Below, in pieces: positions 35,954-44,357 of a stretch of 64,000 nucleotides of DNA. A model generated the notes under the pieces. That model did no database searches, was not told where the DNA came from, and worked only from the letters and a program-made list of their open reading frames with translations. The position numbers and the translations under genes are program-made. The number at the start of each line of letters is the position of its first letter. Position 1 is the stretch's first letter. This DNA comes from Pseudomonadota bacterium (GTDB lineage Bacteria; Pseudomonadota; Gammaproteobacteria; Burkholderiales; Burkholderiaceae_A): NCBI GenBank assembly GCA_039800345.1, contig JBDLQX010000073.1, positions 3,697 to 67,696 of the forward strand, read 5' to 3'.

Positions 35954-37036
35954 CTAGCGAACTTTGTAGCGTACAGGCCACTTGTGGCCTGCTTTTTCAG
36001 CCTCTTCCAAGGTGATCTTTAATACTTGGCTTGCGGGCAGACCCTGCTTATCGAGGGCCTCTGCCTGCTCTTGAGGCCAGGCGGACAGAGAGTTGGCCCA
36101 CTCGAGACGCACGGCAGCAGGAACGCTAGAAACGTTCGTGCCGAGCTCCTTGAGCTTCGCGATCTGCTTGGGATAGTCTTCCTTGTTTACCTTCCCGGTA
36201 CGCAGCTCGTACTCACGCGCGACTTCAGCAATGATCGCCTGCACATCTTTCGGGAGGCTGTCCCAGCGGCGCTTATTGACCGTGAGGCCGTGCCAGGTGA
36301 TGGATCCGAAGCCAATCTCGGTGTAGTACTTGCCCGGCTCATAGAGCTTGAAATTTACCCAAGCCGACGGAAACATGATCCAGCCGTTATAGACGCCCGT
36401 TACCATGCCCTGATAGGCCTCGTTGAGGGTGCCCTGAACAGGCACCGCGCCAACATACTCCAACCACTTAAGGTTCAGACCTGCACCAGCAAGCTTTACG
36501 CCCTTGAGGTCAGACACATTCTTCCAGGGCATCGTGGTACCGAGGTTATAGCCATTGTCTGCAATGATGCCGAGAAGCTTTTGGCCCCATTTGTCTTCAA
36601 AGACATTGCTGAGGTAGGGTACTTTGTCATAAACCGCCCGGGCGGTTTTCAGGCTGACCTCGGGATCCATGGTTCCGAAGGGCAGCATGACCTGGAATGC
36701 ATGGAGTGGGAGGTTGGAGGGCTCAAAACAAAAGCAGAAGGCACCGAGATCAATAATGCCGGACTGAACTCCTTCGAGGGTATCCGGGAGTTTGACCATG
36801 GCACCGCCGTAACCTTCAATAAAGTTGACGGTATGCGGGGTACGCTCTTTGACCCGTTTGGTTACCTCAGGAACAAAATACGTGTTTAGTAGGTTGACAT
36901 ACGTATTCACAACAGGGTGGCCCGAGGCAATACGCAGGGTGATGTTTTCCCCCTTCTGTGCCTGCGCGGTGCCCGCGCCTAAGAGACCAACCATTGCACC
37001 AATAGCAACAAAAAGACTGAGCTTTTTGAATTTCAT
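35954..37036 (-). CDS. TRAP transporter substrate-binding protein (DctP-type) lacking the conserved carboxylate-clamp Arg
   Basis: 360 aa with the signal peptide 'MKFKKLSLFVAIGAMVGLLGAGTAQA'. 'DLKGVKLAGAGLNLKWLEYVGAVP' aligns by eye with the SiaP '[26 protein letters not shown]', so Arg is replaced by Ala. Confidence 0.85.
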   Translation of the reverse strand: MKFKKLSLFVAIGAMVGLLGAGTAQAQKGENITLRIASGHPVVNTYVNLLNTYFVPEVTKRVKERTPHTVNFIEGYGGAMVKLPDTLEGVQSGIIDLGAFCFCFEPSNLPLHAFQVMLPFGTMDPEVSLKTARAVYDKVPYLSNVFEDKWGQKLLGIIADNGYNLGTTMPWKNVSDLKGVKLAGAGLNLKWLEYVGAVPVQGTLNEAYQGMVTGVYNGWIMFPSAWVNFKLYEPGKYYTEIGFGSITWHGLTVNKRRWDSLPKDVQAIIAEVAREYELRTGKVNKEDYPKQIAKLKELGTNVSSVPAAVRLEWANSLSAWPQEQAEALDKQGLPASQVLKITLEEAEKAGHKWPVRYKVR

Positions 37037-37153
37037 GAGAACTCCTCCAAAGTGACCACAGACAGGTGTGCCTAATAACTAGACTTTCTGAGTTTTCGCG
37101 GGCCCAGGGTTCCCGTCAATTAGGGTTATTAAGGGGGATACCCCTTCCCGGGC

Positions 37154-37169
37154 TGATCGCTTGATTATT
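37154..37169 (-). promoter_or_regulatory. AATAATCAAGCGATCA motif (minus strand) upstream of the second TRAP operon (candidate operator)
   Basis: The reverse complement of TGATCGCTTGATTATT shares the TAATCAA-N2-GATCA pattern with the sites at 32021, 38532 and 11665. It lies ~120 nt upstream of the dctP-type start (37036). Confidence 0.35.
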
Positions 37170-37190
37170 TATATGCACCGCAAAAGGTCT

Positions 37191-38390
37191 TTAGCTGATC
37201 TGTCTTCTCTGGCCTTCATGCACCAGAGTGACCTGTGGATTCAGGGCTCCCTTCAGGGCCGCGTGGAGGTAGCAGGTATTCGCGCCCATCGCGAGGAGCT
37301 TTTGCATAACCTCGTCGGACTCATCCCCATGTAGAAAGAGATGCGTATCGACCGGCAGGGCCCGTGCGATGAGGTTGCCCTGAGGGTCCGCAGACCGCTC
37401 AAACGGATTGAACTGGACCATACGAATCGCCCGTACTTTGTACTTGAGGTATTCCGAGTACCGCAGCAGTTGTGTCATATAGCAAAAAGCTATTCCGGCA
37501 GACAACAGTGCCAGGCCCGAGGGGGCGGCCGGATTCTGCAGCTGCCCCTCCTGCGTCTGAAACCCAAACTCGCTGCCGGGCGGTGCTTTGAGGGTGGTTC
37601 GGGCGGAGGCCTGCGCCTTGCCAAGAACAAGATCCGAACGCCCGAGGACCTCCAGACCATACTTCGAGGAGGATGAGGGCATGGCATCGGCGGGAGGCAG
37701 ATAGTCAGAGGTCTTCTGGATCACACCCGGCAGATCCTGGCCATCCGCAAGCGGGCGAGGAGGCCCCCCCTGGGCCTTTAGGGGGTCGCGCGCATCGGCC
37801 GCGGCCGAGGGCGTTACGCCCGTGACCGTGCGCCGAATCCCGTTGACATAGATCGCAAAGGTGCAGTCCATGGCACAAGACATTGCCGCAAGGCCTAGCG
37901 CGTTGCGTACGGCCGCAGACACCAGTGCTGCGGCCTGGTCAAGGCTGCAGCCGCCCTTGGTATGTATCTCAATCTCTGCGGGTTCGGCCTGGCCTTGTCC
38001 TGTCCCCGCGAAAAAAGACCCGCTAAAGGTATAACGATTCACGAGGGTCTGCTGCACCGAGGACAGCGGGTTGCCTGCCGCCTGATTGAGATGATCGATA
38101 TTTCCGAGGAGGTCTGTCTGCAGGCCAGCATTAAAAAATCCAAGCGGAAAGGGTGCAAGGTCGGAGCCCTTGAGCTGCGGACCTTCATCACTGACCATGC
38201 GCCACTTTGGCCCTAGCTCTCCCTCGGTGACCACCGCCTCCTTCTGGTGGGCCCCAAGGGCGCGGGCCTCTACCTTTAGAACGGTTTTTCCTTCCTGCCC
38301 CGAAAAGACGGAATCGCGAGACCCTTTACGATCTACGCAGAACCCGAGAGGAAACCGGGAAGACTCAATGCTATCGAATACTTCGATCAT
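37191..38390 (-). CDS. Hypothetical protein built from two OsmC/Ohr-like halves
   Basis: 399 aa. The C-terminal half has 'NPAAPSGLALLSAGIAFCYMTQL' and 'MGANTCYLHAALKG', which parallel the two Cys-containing motifs of OsmC ('NPEELIGAAHAACF', 'AGCPVSQVLK'). The N-terminal half has the same layout ('APFPLGFFNAGLQTDLLG', 'AAMSCAMDC') but no first Cys. Confidence 0.5.
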   Translation of the reverse strand: MIEVFDSIESSRFPLGFCVDRKGSRDSVFSGQEGKTVLKVEARALGAHQKEAVVTEGELGPKWRMVSDEGPQLKGSDLAPFPLGFFNAGLQTDLLGNIDHLNQAAGNPLSSVQQTLVNRYTFSGSFFAGTGQGQAEPAEIEIHTKGGCSLDQAAALVSAAVRNALGLAAMSCAMDCTFAIYVNGIRRTVTGVTPSAAADARDPLKAQGGPPRPLADGQDLPGVIQKTSDYLPPADAMPSSSSKYGLEVLGRSDLVLGKAQASARTTLKAPPGSEFGFQTQEGQLQNPAAPSGLALLSAGIAFCYMTQLLRYSEYLKYKVRAIRMVQFNPFERSADPQGNLIARALPVDTHLFLHGDESDEVMQKLLAMGANTCYLHAALKGALNPQVTLVHEGQRRQIS

Positions 38391-38531
38391 AAATTCTCCT
38401 TAGTGCACCGCAGGGCCGGTGAGAGTTGCTGACAATCAAAAGCGCTTCTGCGATGATCGCACCTGCAAGTCATTGACGCCTTTCGCTGGTCAGATGCTCA
38501 GCAGTACGCATGCCGGTAGGGTAACTGGGAA

Positions 38532-38546
38532 ATTATCAAAAGATCA
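38532..38546 (+). promoter_or_regulatory. ATTATCAAAAGATCA motif in the divergent region between the OsmC-like and cupin genes (candidate operator)
   Basis: It matches ATTATCAAATGATCA (32021) at 14/15 positions. It ends 13 nt before the cupin start and is ~140 nt from the OsmC-like start. Confidence 0.4.
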
Positions 38547-38559
38547 CTAGGAGAAAACC

Positions 38560-39147
38560 ATGGCTTCCTGGAAAGATATACGGGTCATCGACAAGGAGGA
38601 GATGATGACCAGGGTTGCACGATTTAAGAAGTTAAAGGGGTCTGACGGGGGTCTGCCAGACAGTCCCCTGCCCGAGTCACAGCGTACCCTTTATGCCGTC
38701 ATTGGTTTTCAGCCGCCCAAGAAGGGCAACAAGGCAACCACCTCGCCCGTTGGAGATGATGCGGCAACGACGCCGGCGATTCCTATTGCGGAGGGCTTTA
38801 ACCTCGGTTATTGCAAGGCCAAGCCTGGGCGTGGTCCGCTGATGCACAACCACGATACCAACGAGACATTCATTGCGCTCACAGGTAAGTGGCGCTGTGA
38901 GTGGAACGAAGGCAGGCAAAAGCGATTTGTCGATCTCAACCCGTACGACGTGATATCGGTGCCGCCCGGATGCGCGCGTCGGTTTATGAATGTTACCAAG
39001 GGCGAGCCTGATACCGAGCACCTGCTGATGTTCGTTATCGGGGGGAACGCGCCGCGGGCAGAGTTTACTCCGCTGGCTATGGCACGGTGTAGAGAGTTCG
39101 CCGATCAGAAGAAGAAGGCACAGACACCGAAAGCCAAACAAAAATAA
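38560..39147 (+). CDS. Cupin-domain protein with a Lys-rich C-terminal tail
   Basis: 195 aa with the 'GPLMHNHDTNETFIALTGKW' cupin motif 1 and 'DVISVPPGCARRF' motif 2. It ends in 'QKKKAQTPKAKQK' and has an AGGAG SD. Confidence 0.75.
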   Translation: MASWKDIRVIDKEEMMTRVARFKKLKGSDGGLPDSPLPESQRTLYAVIGFQPPKKGNKATTSPVGDDAATTPAIPIAEGFNLGYCKAKPGRGPLMHNHDTNETFIALTGKWRCEWNEGRQKRFVDLNPYDVISVPPGCARRFMNVTKGEPDTEHLLMFVIGGNAPRAEFTPLAMARCREFADQKKKAQTPKAKQK

Positions 39148-39165
39148 CCAAGAAAGGACTCTTTT

Positions 39166-39468
39166 ATGGCCGCATACTGGCTTGCCCGTTCCCGGATACA
39201 CGATCCTGTGGAGTACAAGAAGTACACCGACCTTGTCCCCGCAATCGTTAAACAGTACGGTGGGAAGGTTCTCGCCCGCGGGGGTAGATACGAAATAATG
39301 GAAGGCCCTGAAGACTTCCATCGGTTCGTGGTGATCGAGTTTCCTGATCTTGAGACGGGGAAGGCCTGCTTTCAATCACCAGAGTATGTGGCCGCAGCGG
39401 CCTATCGCCGTGCCGGTGCTGGGGTGGTTGAGAACGTTATCGTGGAATCTGGCGACGCAACGAAGTAG
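39166..39468 (+). CDS. DUF1330 family protein
   Basis: 100 aa. 'AYWLARSRIHDPVEYKKY......GGKVLARGG......G......VVIEFPD...A..CFQSPEY' is the DUF1330 pattern. Confidence 0.8.
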   Translation: MAAYWLARSRIHDPVEYKKYTDLVPAIVKQYGGKVLARGGRYEIMEGPEDFHRFVVIEFPDLETGKACFQSPEYVAAAAYRRAGAGVVENVIVESGDATK

Positions 39469-39510
39469 CGAGTTTTTTTTCCTCGCCTCAGATCTTCTTC
39501 CCCCGAACGC

Positions 39511-40299
39511 TCAGAGGTAGGGCCGAGCCCAGTGCAGGCCCTCCTCGGGACTTCTTGCCGGACGGTATTCGCAGCCGATATACCCGGTGTACCCCAGAGT
39601 CATAAGCTCCCGCCCAAGACGCCCGAAATCAAGCTCCCCGAGATCGGGTTCCGTGCGGTCGGGCACGCCCGCGACCTGGATGTGGCCAATGTTTTGAAAG
39701 GTCGATCGCAGGTTAAAAATTATGTCGCCATGCAGAATCTGCTGGTGGTAGAGATCGAACTGTAGTTTCAGCCCGGGATGTCCTACTGCCGTAATGGTGG
39801 CCATCGCATGATGAAGGCTCGCCATAAACGCGCCTCGTGCATCGCGTGGGCTCAGCGGTTCAATGGTCACCCCAATGCCGTGGGGCTGGGCCCTATGGCA
39901 GGCCCAGGCAAGATTCTTCTCGTAAGAGGCTTGCTGTGTCTGCTGCGTATCGCCGGCGCCATTGGGCCCGGTTGGCCCTGCAGTGGCGTGAATCAACGGA
40001 ACCCCTAGGGCCTGGGCATAAGTCATTGCCTTGCCAAAGGCCGCCTGGAACTCGTCCTCCTTTCCGGGCCATGCGGCAAGGCCGCGCACCGCCATGCTCG
40101 CACTGGACCCTGAGGGGGCATTTATGAGTACGAGCTTTAGCTGGTAGGTCGTCAGCCATTTCTTCCAGTCGTCGATGGAGGCCACATATGGGTCGAGTGC
40201 TTCGACAGCCTTAAAGCCTGCCCGGTGTGCAGCCGCAAGCCGCTCCTCCAGGGGAAGTGCTTTCCAGAGCCAGTCGATGTTTGCGGCGAGTTGAATCAT
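39511..40299 (-). CDS. Hydroxypyruvate isomerase-like TIM-barrel (xylose-isomerase-like fold) protein
   Basis: 262 aa. 'MIQLAANIDWLWKALPLEERLAAAHRAGFKAVE' parallels the Hyi N-terminus, and 'IGHIQVAGVPDRTEP' is also present. Confidence 0.8.
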   Translation of the reverse strand: MIQLAANIDWLWKALPLEERLAAAHRAGFKAVEALDPYVASIDDWKKWLTTYQLKLVLINAPSGSSASMAVRGLAAWPGKEDEFQAAFGKAMTYAQALGVPLIHATAGPTGPNGAGDTQQTQQASYEKNLAWACHRAQPHGIGVTIEPLSPRDARGAFMASLHHAMATITAVGHPGLKLQFDLYHQQILHGDIIFNLRSTFQNIGHIQVAGVPDRTEPDLGELDFGRLGRELMTLGYTGYIGCEYRPARSPEEGLHWARPYL

Positions 40300-40340
40300 C
40301 GTTATTCCTTTAGAAAACGGGCATACAGCATGCCCCGCCG

Positions 40341-42446
40341 TTATTTTAGGACTTCAAAGAGGTTGTGAAAGTCGTCTGTCCAGACCCGCAGTTCTGGTCG
40401 GGCCAGGATCGCAACCCGATGGTCCGCAATCTCTGGCGTATTCAGGAACGCTATGTCACGGGTGACCAAAACCCATTCGCTTCGTGCTGTGGACCAAGGC
40501 TCCGTGTCGGAGGGCTCATGGGCTATCAGAGCGGAGCCGTATCCGAGTTCGTCGGCCAGCTGCTTTACGACTGGTGCAAGGGCCAGGTAGCGGTTGGTGA
40601 TGTGGATTGCCAACACCCCGTTAGGCGCAAGATGCCGCACATAGACCGCCATCGCTTCTCGTGTGAGCAGGTGCACGGGGATGGCGTCACTTGAGAAGGC
40701 GTCTATGGCTAATAAGTCGAAGCCTTGGTCGCGTTCCTGCTCAAGCCGAAGCCTGGCATCGCCAAGCACCATTGTGGTCTGCTGCTTGGCCTGATCGAGG
40801 TATGAAAAGTAGTCTCTGGCCACCTCGATGACCAGGGGGTTGATCTCGTAGATGCGGTAGCGGTCTTCCGGACGGGCGTAGCCCACAAGGGTACCCACGC
40901 CGAGTCCCACCACACCAACATGTACCGTCTTGCGGGAATGCAGCACATGCAGTGCGCGCCCGACACCCGAGTTGGGGCTGTAGTAGGTGGTTGCCAGTCG
41001 TTGCATCTCGGGGTCACGGTACTGAAGGCCGTGGAGAATTACCCCATGCACAAGGCGTCGATAGGGCATATCGTCTGATCGCGCAACCTCTTGTACGCGC
41101 AAAGGGCCGTAGAAGTTGCGCCCTGCATAGATGCTTCTGTCTTGATAGTCATCCCAATACAGCACGGAGAAATGGCCGACGGCTACGGCCGCTGCAAAGC
41201 CCCCCAGCGCAAGAACACCGCGCAGAACCGGTGCCCTCTGCCGCAGGCCGACCCAGATGCCGAGTAGGCCGATCAGTAGCAGCGACAGCGGCATCTCCCA
41301 GTAGCCGCTAAAGAGGCGGGGTGCCAGAAGCGAGACAAAGCCGCCGCCTGCGGCGCCACCCAGGGCAATCAGCAGATAGAACCGGGTGAGATATCGGGTG
41401 GGTGGTTTGGACTGCGCAAGCTCACCGTGGCAGAAGAGGCAGATGAGGAAGAGCCCGAAGCTGTAGAGCGGAACTGCAATGTCGATATCAAGAATACCGT
41501 CTTGGGCGGTCAGCCCCCAGGCCATGATGCCTGCGGCAGCCATGCTCGGCAGCATCATGCTATCGCGAAGGTAGAACCCCTTTCCAGCCCGGCCCTCGAA
41601 GGCCACCACAAAGCTCAATAGATAGAGCGACAACGGCAGTACCCAGAGAAATGGCACCGAGGCGATGTTCTGTGAGATATGACTTGAGGCCGATAACAAG
41701 AGGGCACTGGCCAGGGCAGAGAGGGCAAACCAGAAAATCAGAGTGGAGACTGCAGGTGCGGCATGCTCGGTCAGGGGTGACGGGGAGGCCAGGAGGGGGG
41801 TCGCGATCGTAGGCCCGTTGCCGTTCGTGTTGTCGCCGTCTTCAACCAAGGTAACCGGTGACTGCCGAGCGATGTGCCATGCCAGGGCGAGCATGGTGAC
41901 CACAAAGAGGAAAAATCCAATGCTCCAGATCCAGGCCTGTTCCGGTACGGCCAGAACGCGTTCGATTCCAAAGGGATAACTGACAAGCGCAAGGAGCGAC
42001 CCCAGGTTAGAGAGTGCAAAAAGCCGGTAGGCCTTTTGGGCCGCTTCGGGGCTTGGCTGCGCACGCGCAAACCATGACTGTACGAGGGGGCCGGTGGTGG
42101 AGAGCATGAAATAGGGCAGGCCGATGGTGACCGCAAGCAGGAAAATAATGTGTAGTGACGGATCCTCGCTACCTGTGGGCTTGAGGCCCTCAGTAGCGAG
42201 TATGGGCAGCCAGAGGAGGCTCACAAGCAGGAGGAGTCCGTGGAGTCGAACCTGCAGACGGGTAGAGAGTCTCTGCACCAGGTCGGCGTAGCCGTATCCC
42301 GCAAGAAGTACCAGCTGAAAAAAGGTGAGGCAGACTGCCCAGACGCCGGCAGAGCCGCCAAACCAAGGCACGATCTGTTTGGCAATGATGGGCTGAACGA
42401 GGAAAAGCAGAAAGCTCGACAGCCCAATAGCCAGCGCGTAGATCAG
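40341..42446 (-). CDS. Polytopic membrane protein fused to a spermidine-synthase-like methyltransferase-fold domain; start codon non-canonical/uncertain
   Basis: The C-terminal 'VGVVGLGVGTLVGY...YEINP...DLLAIDAFSSDAIPVHLLT' is a spermidine-synthase-like domain, and the N-terminal ~440 aa are hydrophobic. The first canonical start (GTG 42371) would cut off an in-frame conserved-looking TM1 'ILIYALAIGLSSFLLFLVQPIIAKQI'. The upper coordinate is set at the CTG at 42446, which is a guess. Confidence 0.75.
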   Translation of the reverse strand: MIYALAIGLSSFLLFLVQPIIAKQIVPWFGGSAGVWAVCLTFFQLVLLAGYGYADLVQRLSTRLQVRLHGLLLLVSLLWLPILATEGLKPTGSEDPSLHIIFLLAVTIGLPYFMLSTTGPLVQSWFARAQPSPEAAQKAYRLFALSNLGSLLALVSYPFGIERVLAVPEQAWIWSIGFFLFVVTMLALAWHIARQSPVTLVEDGDNTNGNGPTIATPLLASPSPLTEHAAPAVSTLIFWFALSALASALLLSASSHISQNIASVPFLWVLPLSLYLLSFVVAFEGRAGKGFYLRDSMMLPSMAAAGIMAWGLTAQDGILDIDIAVPLYSFGLFLICLFCHGELAQSKPPTRYLTRFYLLIALGGAAGGGFVSLLAPRLFSGYWEMPLSLLLIGLLGIWVGLRQRAPVLRGVLALGGFAAAVAVGHFSVLYWDDYQDRSIYAGRNFYGPLRVQEVARSDDMPYRRLVHGVILHGLQYRDPEMQRLATTYYSPNSGVGRALHVLHSRKTVHVGVVGLGVGTLVGYARPEDRYRIYEINPLVIEVARDYFSYLDQAKQQTTMVLGDARLRLEQERDQGFDLLAIDAFSSDAIPVHLLTREAMAVYVRHLAPNGVLAIHITNRYLALAPVVKQLADELGYGSALIAHEPSDTEPWSTARSEWVLVTRDIAFLNTPEIADHRVAILARPELRVWTDDFHNLFEVLK

Positions 42447-42455
42447 GATGGGCCT

Positions 42456-43433
42456 CTACCGGGGTTCTTGGGTGTTGAGGCCCTTGGGCAGCGGGAATCG
42501 AATATGTTCCTCTGCGCCGGGCAGCCTGCGTACCGCAACAGCCCCCATGGCCTTGACGGCCGAGACAAGCCCCTGCACCAGCGCCTCGGGGGCCGAGGCA
42601 CCCGCGGTGATCCCCACCCGTGACTTCCCTGCGAGCCAATTCGGCTGCAGATCTTCGGCACCGTCCAGCAGGTAGGCCGGTACCCCGTGACGCTCCGCCA
42701 CCTCCCGGAGGCGGTTACTGTTTGAGCTTGTACGGCTACCTACCACGAGCACGACATCCACCTGACCACTCATGAGCTTGACTGCGTCTTGGCGATTCTG
42801 GGTGGCATAGCAGATATCACTGAACTTTGGACCGCGGATCTTTGGGAATCGTGCCTTGAGGGCTCGCACGACCGCCTCTGTATCGTCGGTTGACAAGGTG
42901 GTCTGGGAGACATAGGCAAGTCGATCTGGCGTTTCGACGGCCAATGCGGCCACCTGGCCCTCATCTTCGACCAGGTAGATGCCTCGGTCGAGTTGCCCCA
43001 TGGTGCCCTCGACTTCGGGGTGGCCCTGATGTCCGATCATGACAATCTCATAGCCCTCACTGGCAAGCTTGCGCACTTCAACATGCACCTTCGTGACGAG
43101 GGGGCAGGTGGCGTCAAAGACCTCAAGGCCACGTTCCTCTGCGTGGGCACGCACTATGCGGGCGACGCCATGCGCACTCATGATGACCCGTGAGCCGAGA
43201 GGCACCTCGTTGAGGTCTTCTACAAATATGGCGCCTTTTGCACGCAGGTCGGCCACGACATGGTCGTTGTGGACGATCTCATGCCGCACATAGACCGGGG
43301 CACCAAACTTCGCCAGGGCCCGTTCAACAATCTCAATGGCCCGATCGACACCGGCGCAGAACCCTCGGGGCTCAGCGAGCACAATCTCTTGGGGCGAAGT
43401 CTCTCGGAGGGTCACGGTCTGAGCAGCAGTCAT
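42456..43433 (-). CDS. ispH: 4-hydroxy-3-methylbut-2-enyl diphosphate reductase
   Basis: 325 aa with '[16 protein letters not shown]', 'VRHEIVHN', '[10 protein letters not shown]' and 'ICYATQNRQ', the three-Cys IspH signature. Confidence 0.95.
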   Translation of the reverse strand: MTAAQTVTLRETSPQEIVLAEPRGFCAGVDRAIEIVERALAKFGAPVYVRHEIVHNDHVVADLRAKGAIFVEDLNEVPLGSRVIMSAHGVARIVRAHAEERGLEVFDATCPLVTKVHVEVRKLASEGYEIVMIGHQGHPEVEGTMGQLDRGIYLVEDEGQVAALAVETPDRLAYVSQTTLSTDDTEAVVRALKARFPKIRGPKFSDICYATQNRQDAVKLMSGQVDVVLVVGSRTSSNSNRLREVAERHGVPAYLLDGAEDLQPNWLAGKSRVGITAGASAPEALVQGLVSAVKAMGAVAVRRLPGAEEHIRFPLPKGLNTQEPR

Positions 43434-43873
43434 GTCAACACCCCAATGATTCTGACATGGAACAACAAAGGCTGTCCGGCCAGAGGATGGTTAAAGTCAA
43501 AGACCGCCGCCTGGCCCTCCCAGCCCTTGAAGACGCCGGCGAATCGACTGCTGTCAGGGGCGGGAAACTCCAGTAAGTCTCCGGGGGCCAGTGGATCAGC
43601 AGGGTCGACATGTTCGGCAAGAAGCTTTTCGGATATCTTTTGGATGAGCGCAGGGTTGCGCGGCCCAAAAGCATCATCGGGGCCAAGCGCGTAGCTGCGT
43701 TCATCACCCTCCGCGAGGGCCAAAAGGCATCGTTCGAGTCCTGGGGCGAACTGGCCAGCCCCAAGTTGTAGGGTCGCGGGCTTATCTTCAAAGGTATCAA
43801 GGACCACCTGCCCGTCTGGCATGCTTAGGCGGTAGTGCAGGGTGACGTGGCTTTCCGGGGTGATCAGAGGCAT
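43430..43873 (-). CDS. fkpB: FKBP-type peptidyl-prolyl cis-trans isomerase
   Basis: 147 aa with '[19 protein letters not shown]' and '[15 protein letters not shown]'. It overlaps the ispH start by 4 nt, as in the conserved fkpB-ispH pair. Confidence 0.85.
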   Translation of the reverse strand: MPLITPESHVTLHYRLSMPDGQVVLDTFEDKPATLQLGAGQFAPGLERCLLALAEGDERSYALGPDDAFGPRNPALIQKISEKLLAEHVDPADPLAPGDLLEFPAPDSSRFAGVFKGWEGQAAVFDFNHPLAGQPLLFHVRIIGVLT

Positions 43874-43943
43874 CGCATCAGTCTACCGTGCCTGCCCTAA
43901 AATCCGAATTGATCACCTCCAAAACCACAGGAAGGATTCGACG

Positions 43944-44357
43944 ATGGTTCAGAACATTGTTCAGACGGATCGGGCCCCGGCGGCCATCGGGACGTATTCT
44001 CAGGCAGTGCAGGTTGGGCAGACCGTCTGGCTATCGGGACAGATCGCGTTAGACCCTGCCACCATGACCCTGGTGGGGGACAATTCGCCCGAAGGGGTGG
44101 CCCAGCAGGTGCATCAGGTATTTAAGAATTTGTCTGCGGTTGCTCAGGCCGCGGGGGGCAGTCTGCAGGATGTGGTCAAGCTCAATCTTTTTTTAACGGA
44201 CCTCTCGCACTTTGCAAAAGTCAACGAGATTATGGCGGTCTATTTTCGTGCGCCCTATCCCGCACGTGCGGCGGTGGGGGTTGCCAGCCTGCCGCGTGGC
44301 GCAGCCTTTGAGGCCGAGGCAGTGCTGGTAATAGGCAGCGCCTCTCCCATCCCTTGA
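43944..44357 (+). CDS. ridA: RidA/YjgF family reactive-intermediate deaminase
   Basis: The internal ATG at 43944 is preceded by AGGAAGGA. '[24 protein letters not shown]', '[15 protein letters not shown]' and '[18 protein letters not shown]' are RidA motifs. Confidence 0.88.
   Translation: MVQNIVQTDRAPAAIGTYSQAVQVGQTVWLSGQIALDPATMTLVGDNSPEGVAQQVHQVFKNLSAVAQAAGGSLQDVVKLNLFLTDLSHFAKVNEIMAVYFRAPYPARAAVGVASLPRGAAFEAEAVLVIGSASPIP

Noticed and set aside
39469-39510. T8 tract with short flanking complementarity (GCGAG-T8-CCTCGC) between the convergent DUF1330 and Hyi-like genes as a terminator.
   Set aside because: The stem is only 5 bp and the T-run forms the loop rather than following the stem. 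This is not convincing as an intrinsic terminator.
42456-43433. IspH-membrane protein fusion by stop-codon read-through or recoding of TAG (for example pyrrolysine-type).
   Set aside because: No pyl genes or recoding signals are seen, and fusing a soluble Fe-S enzyme to a polytopic protein is implausible. Non-canonical reinitiation is the simpler explanation, and it is reported as a finding.
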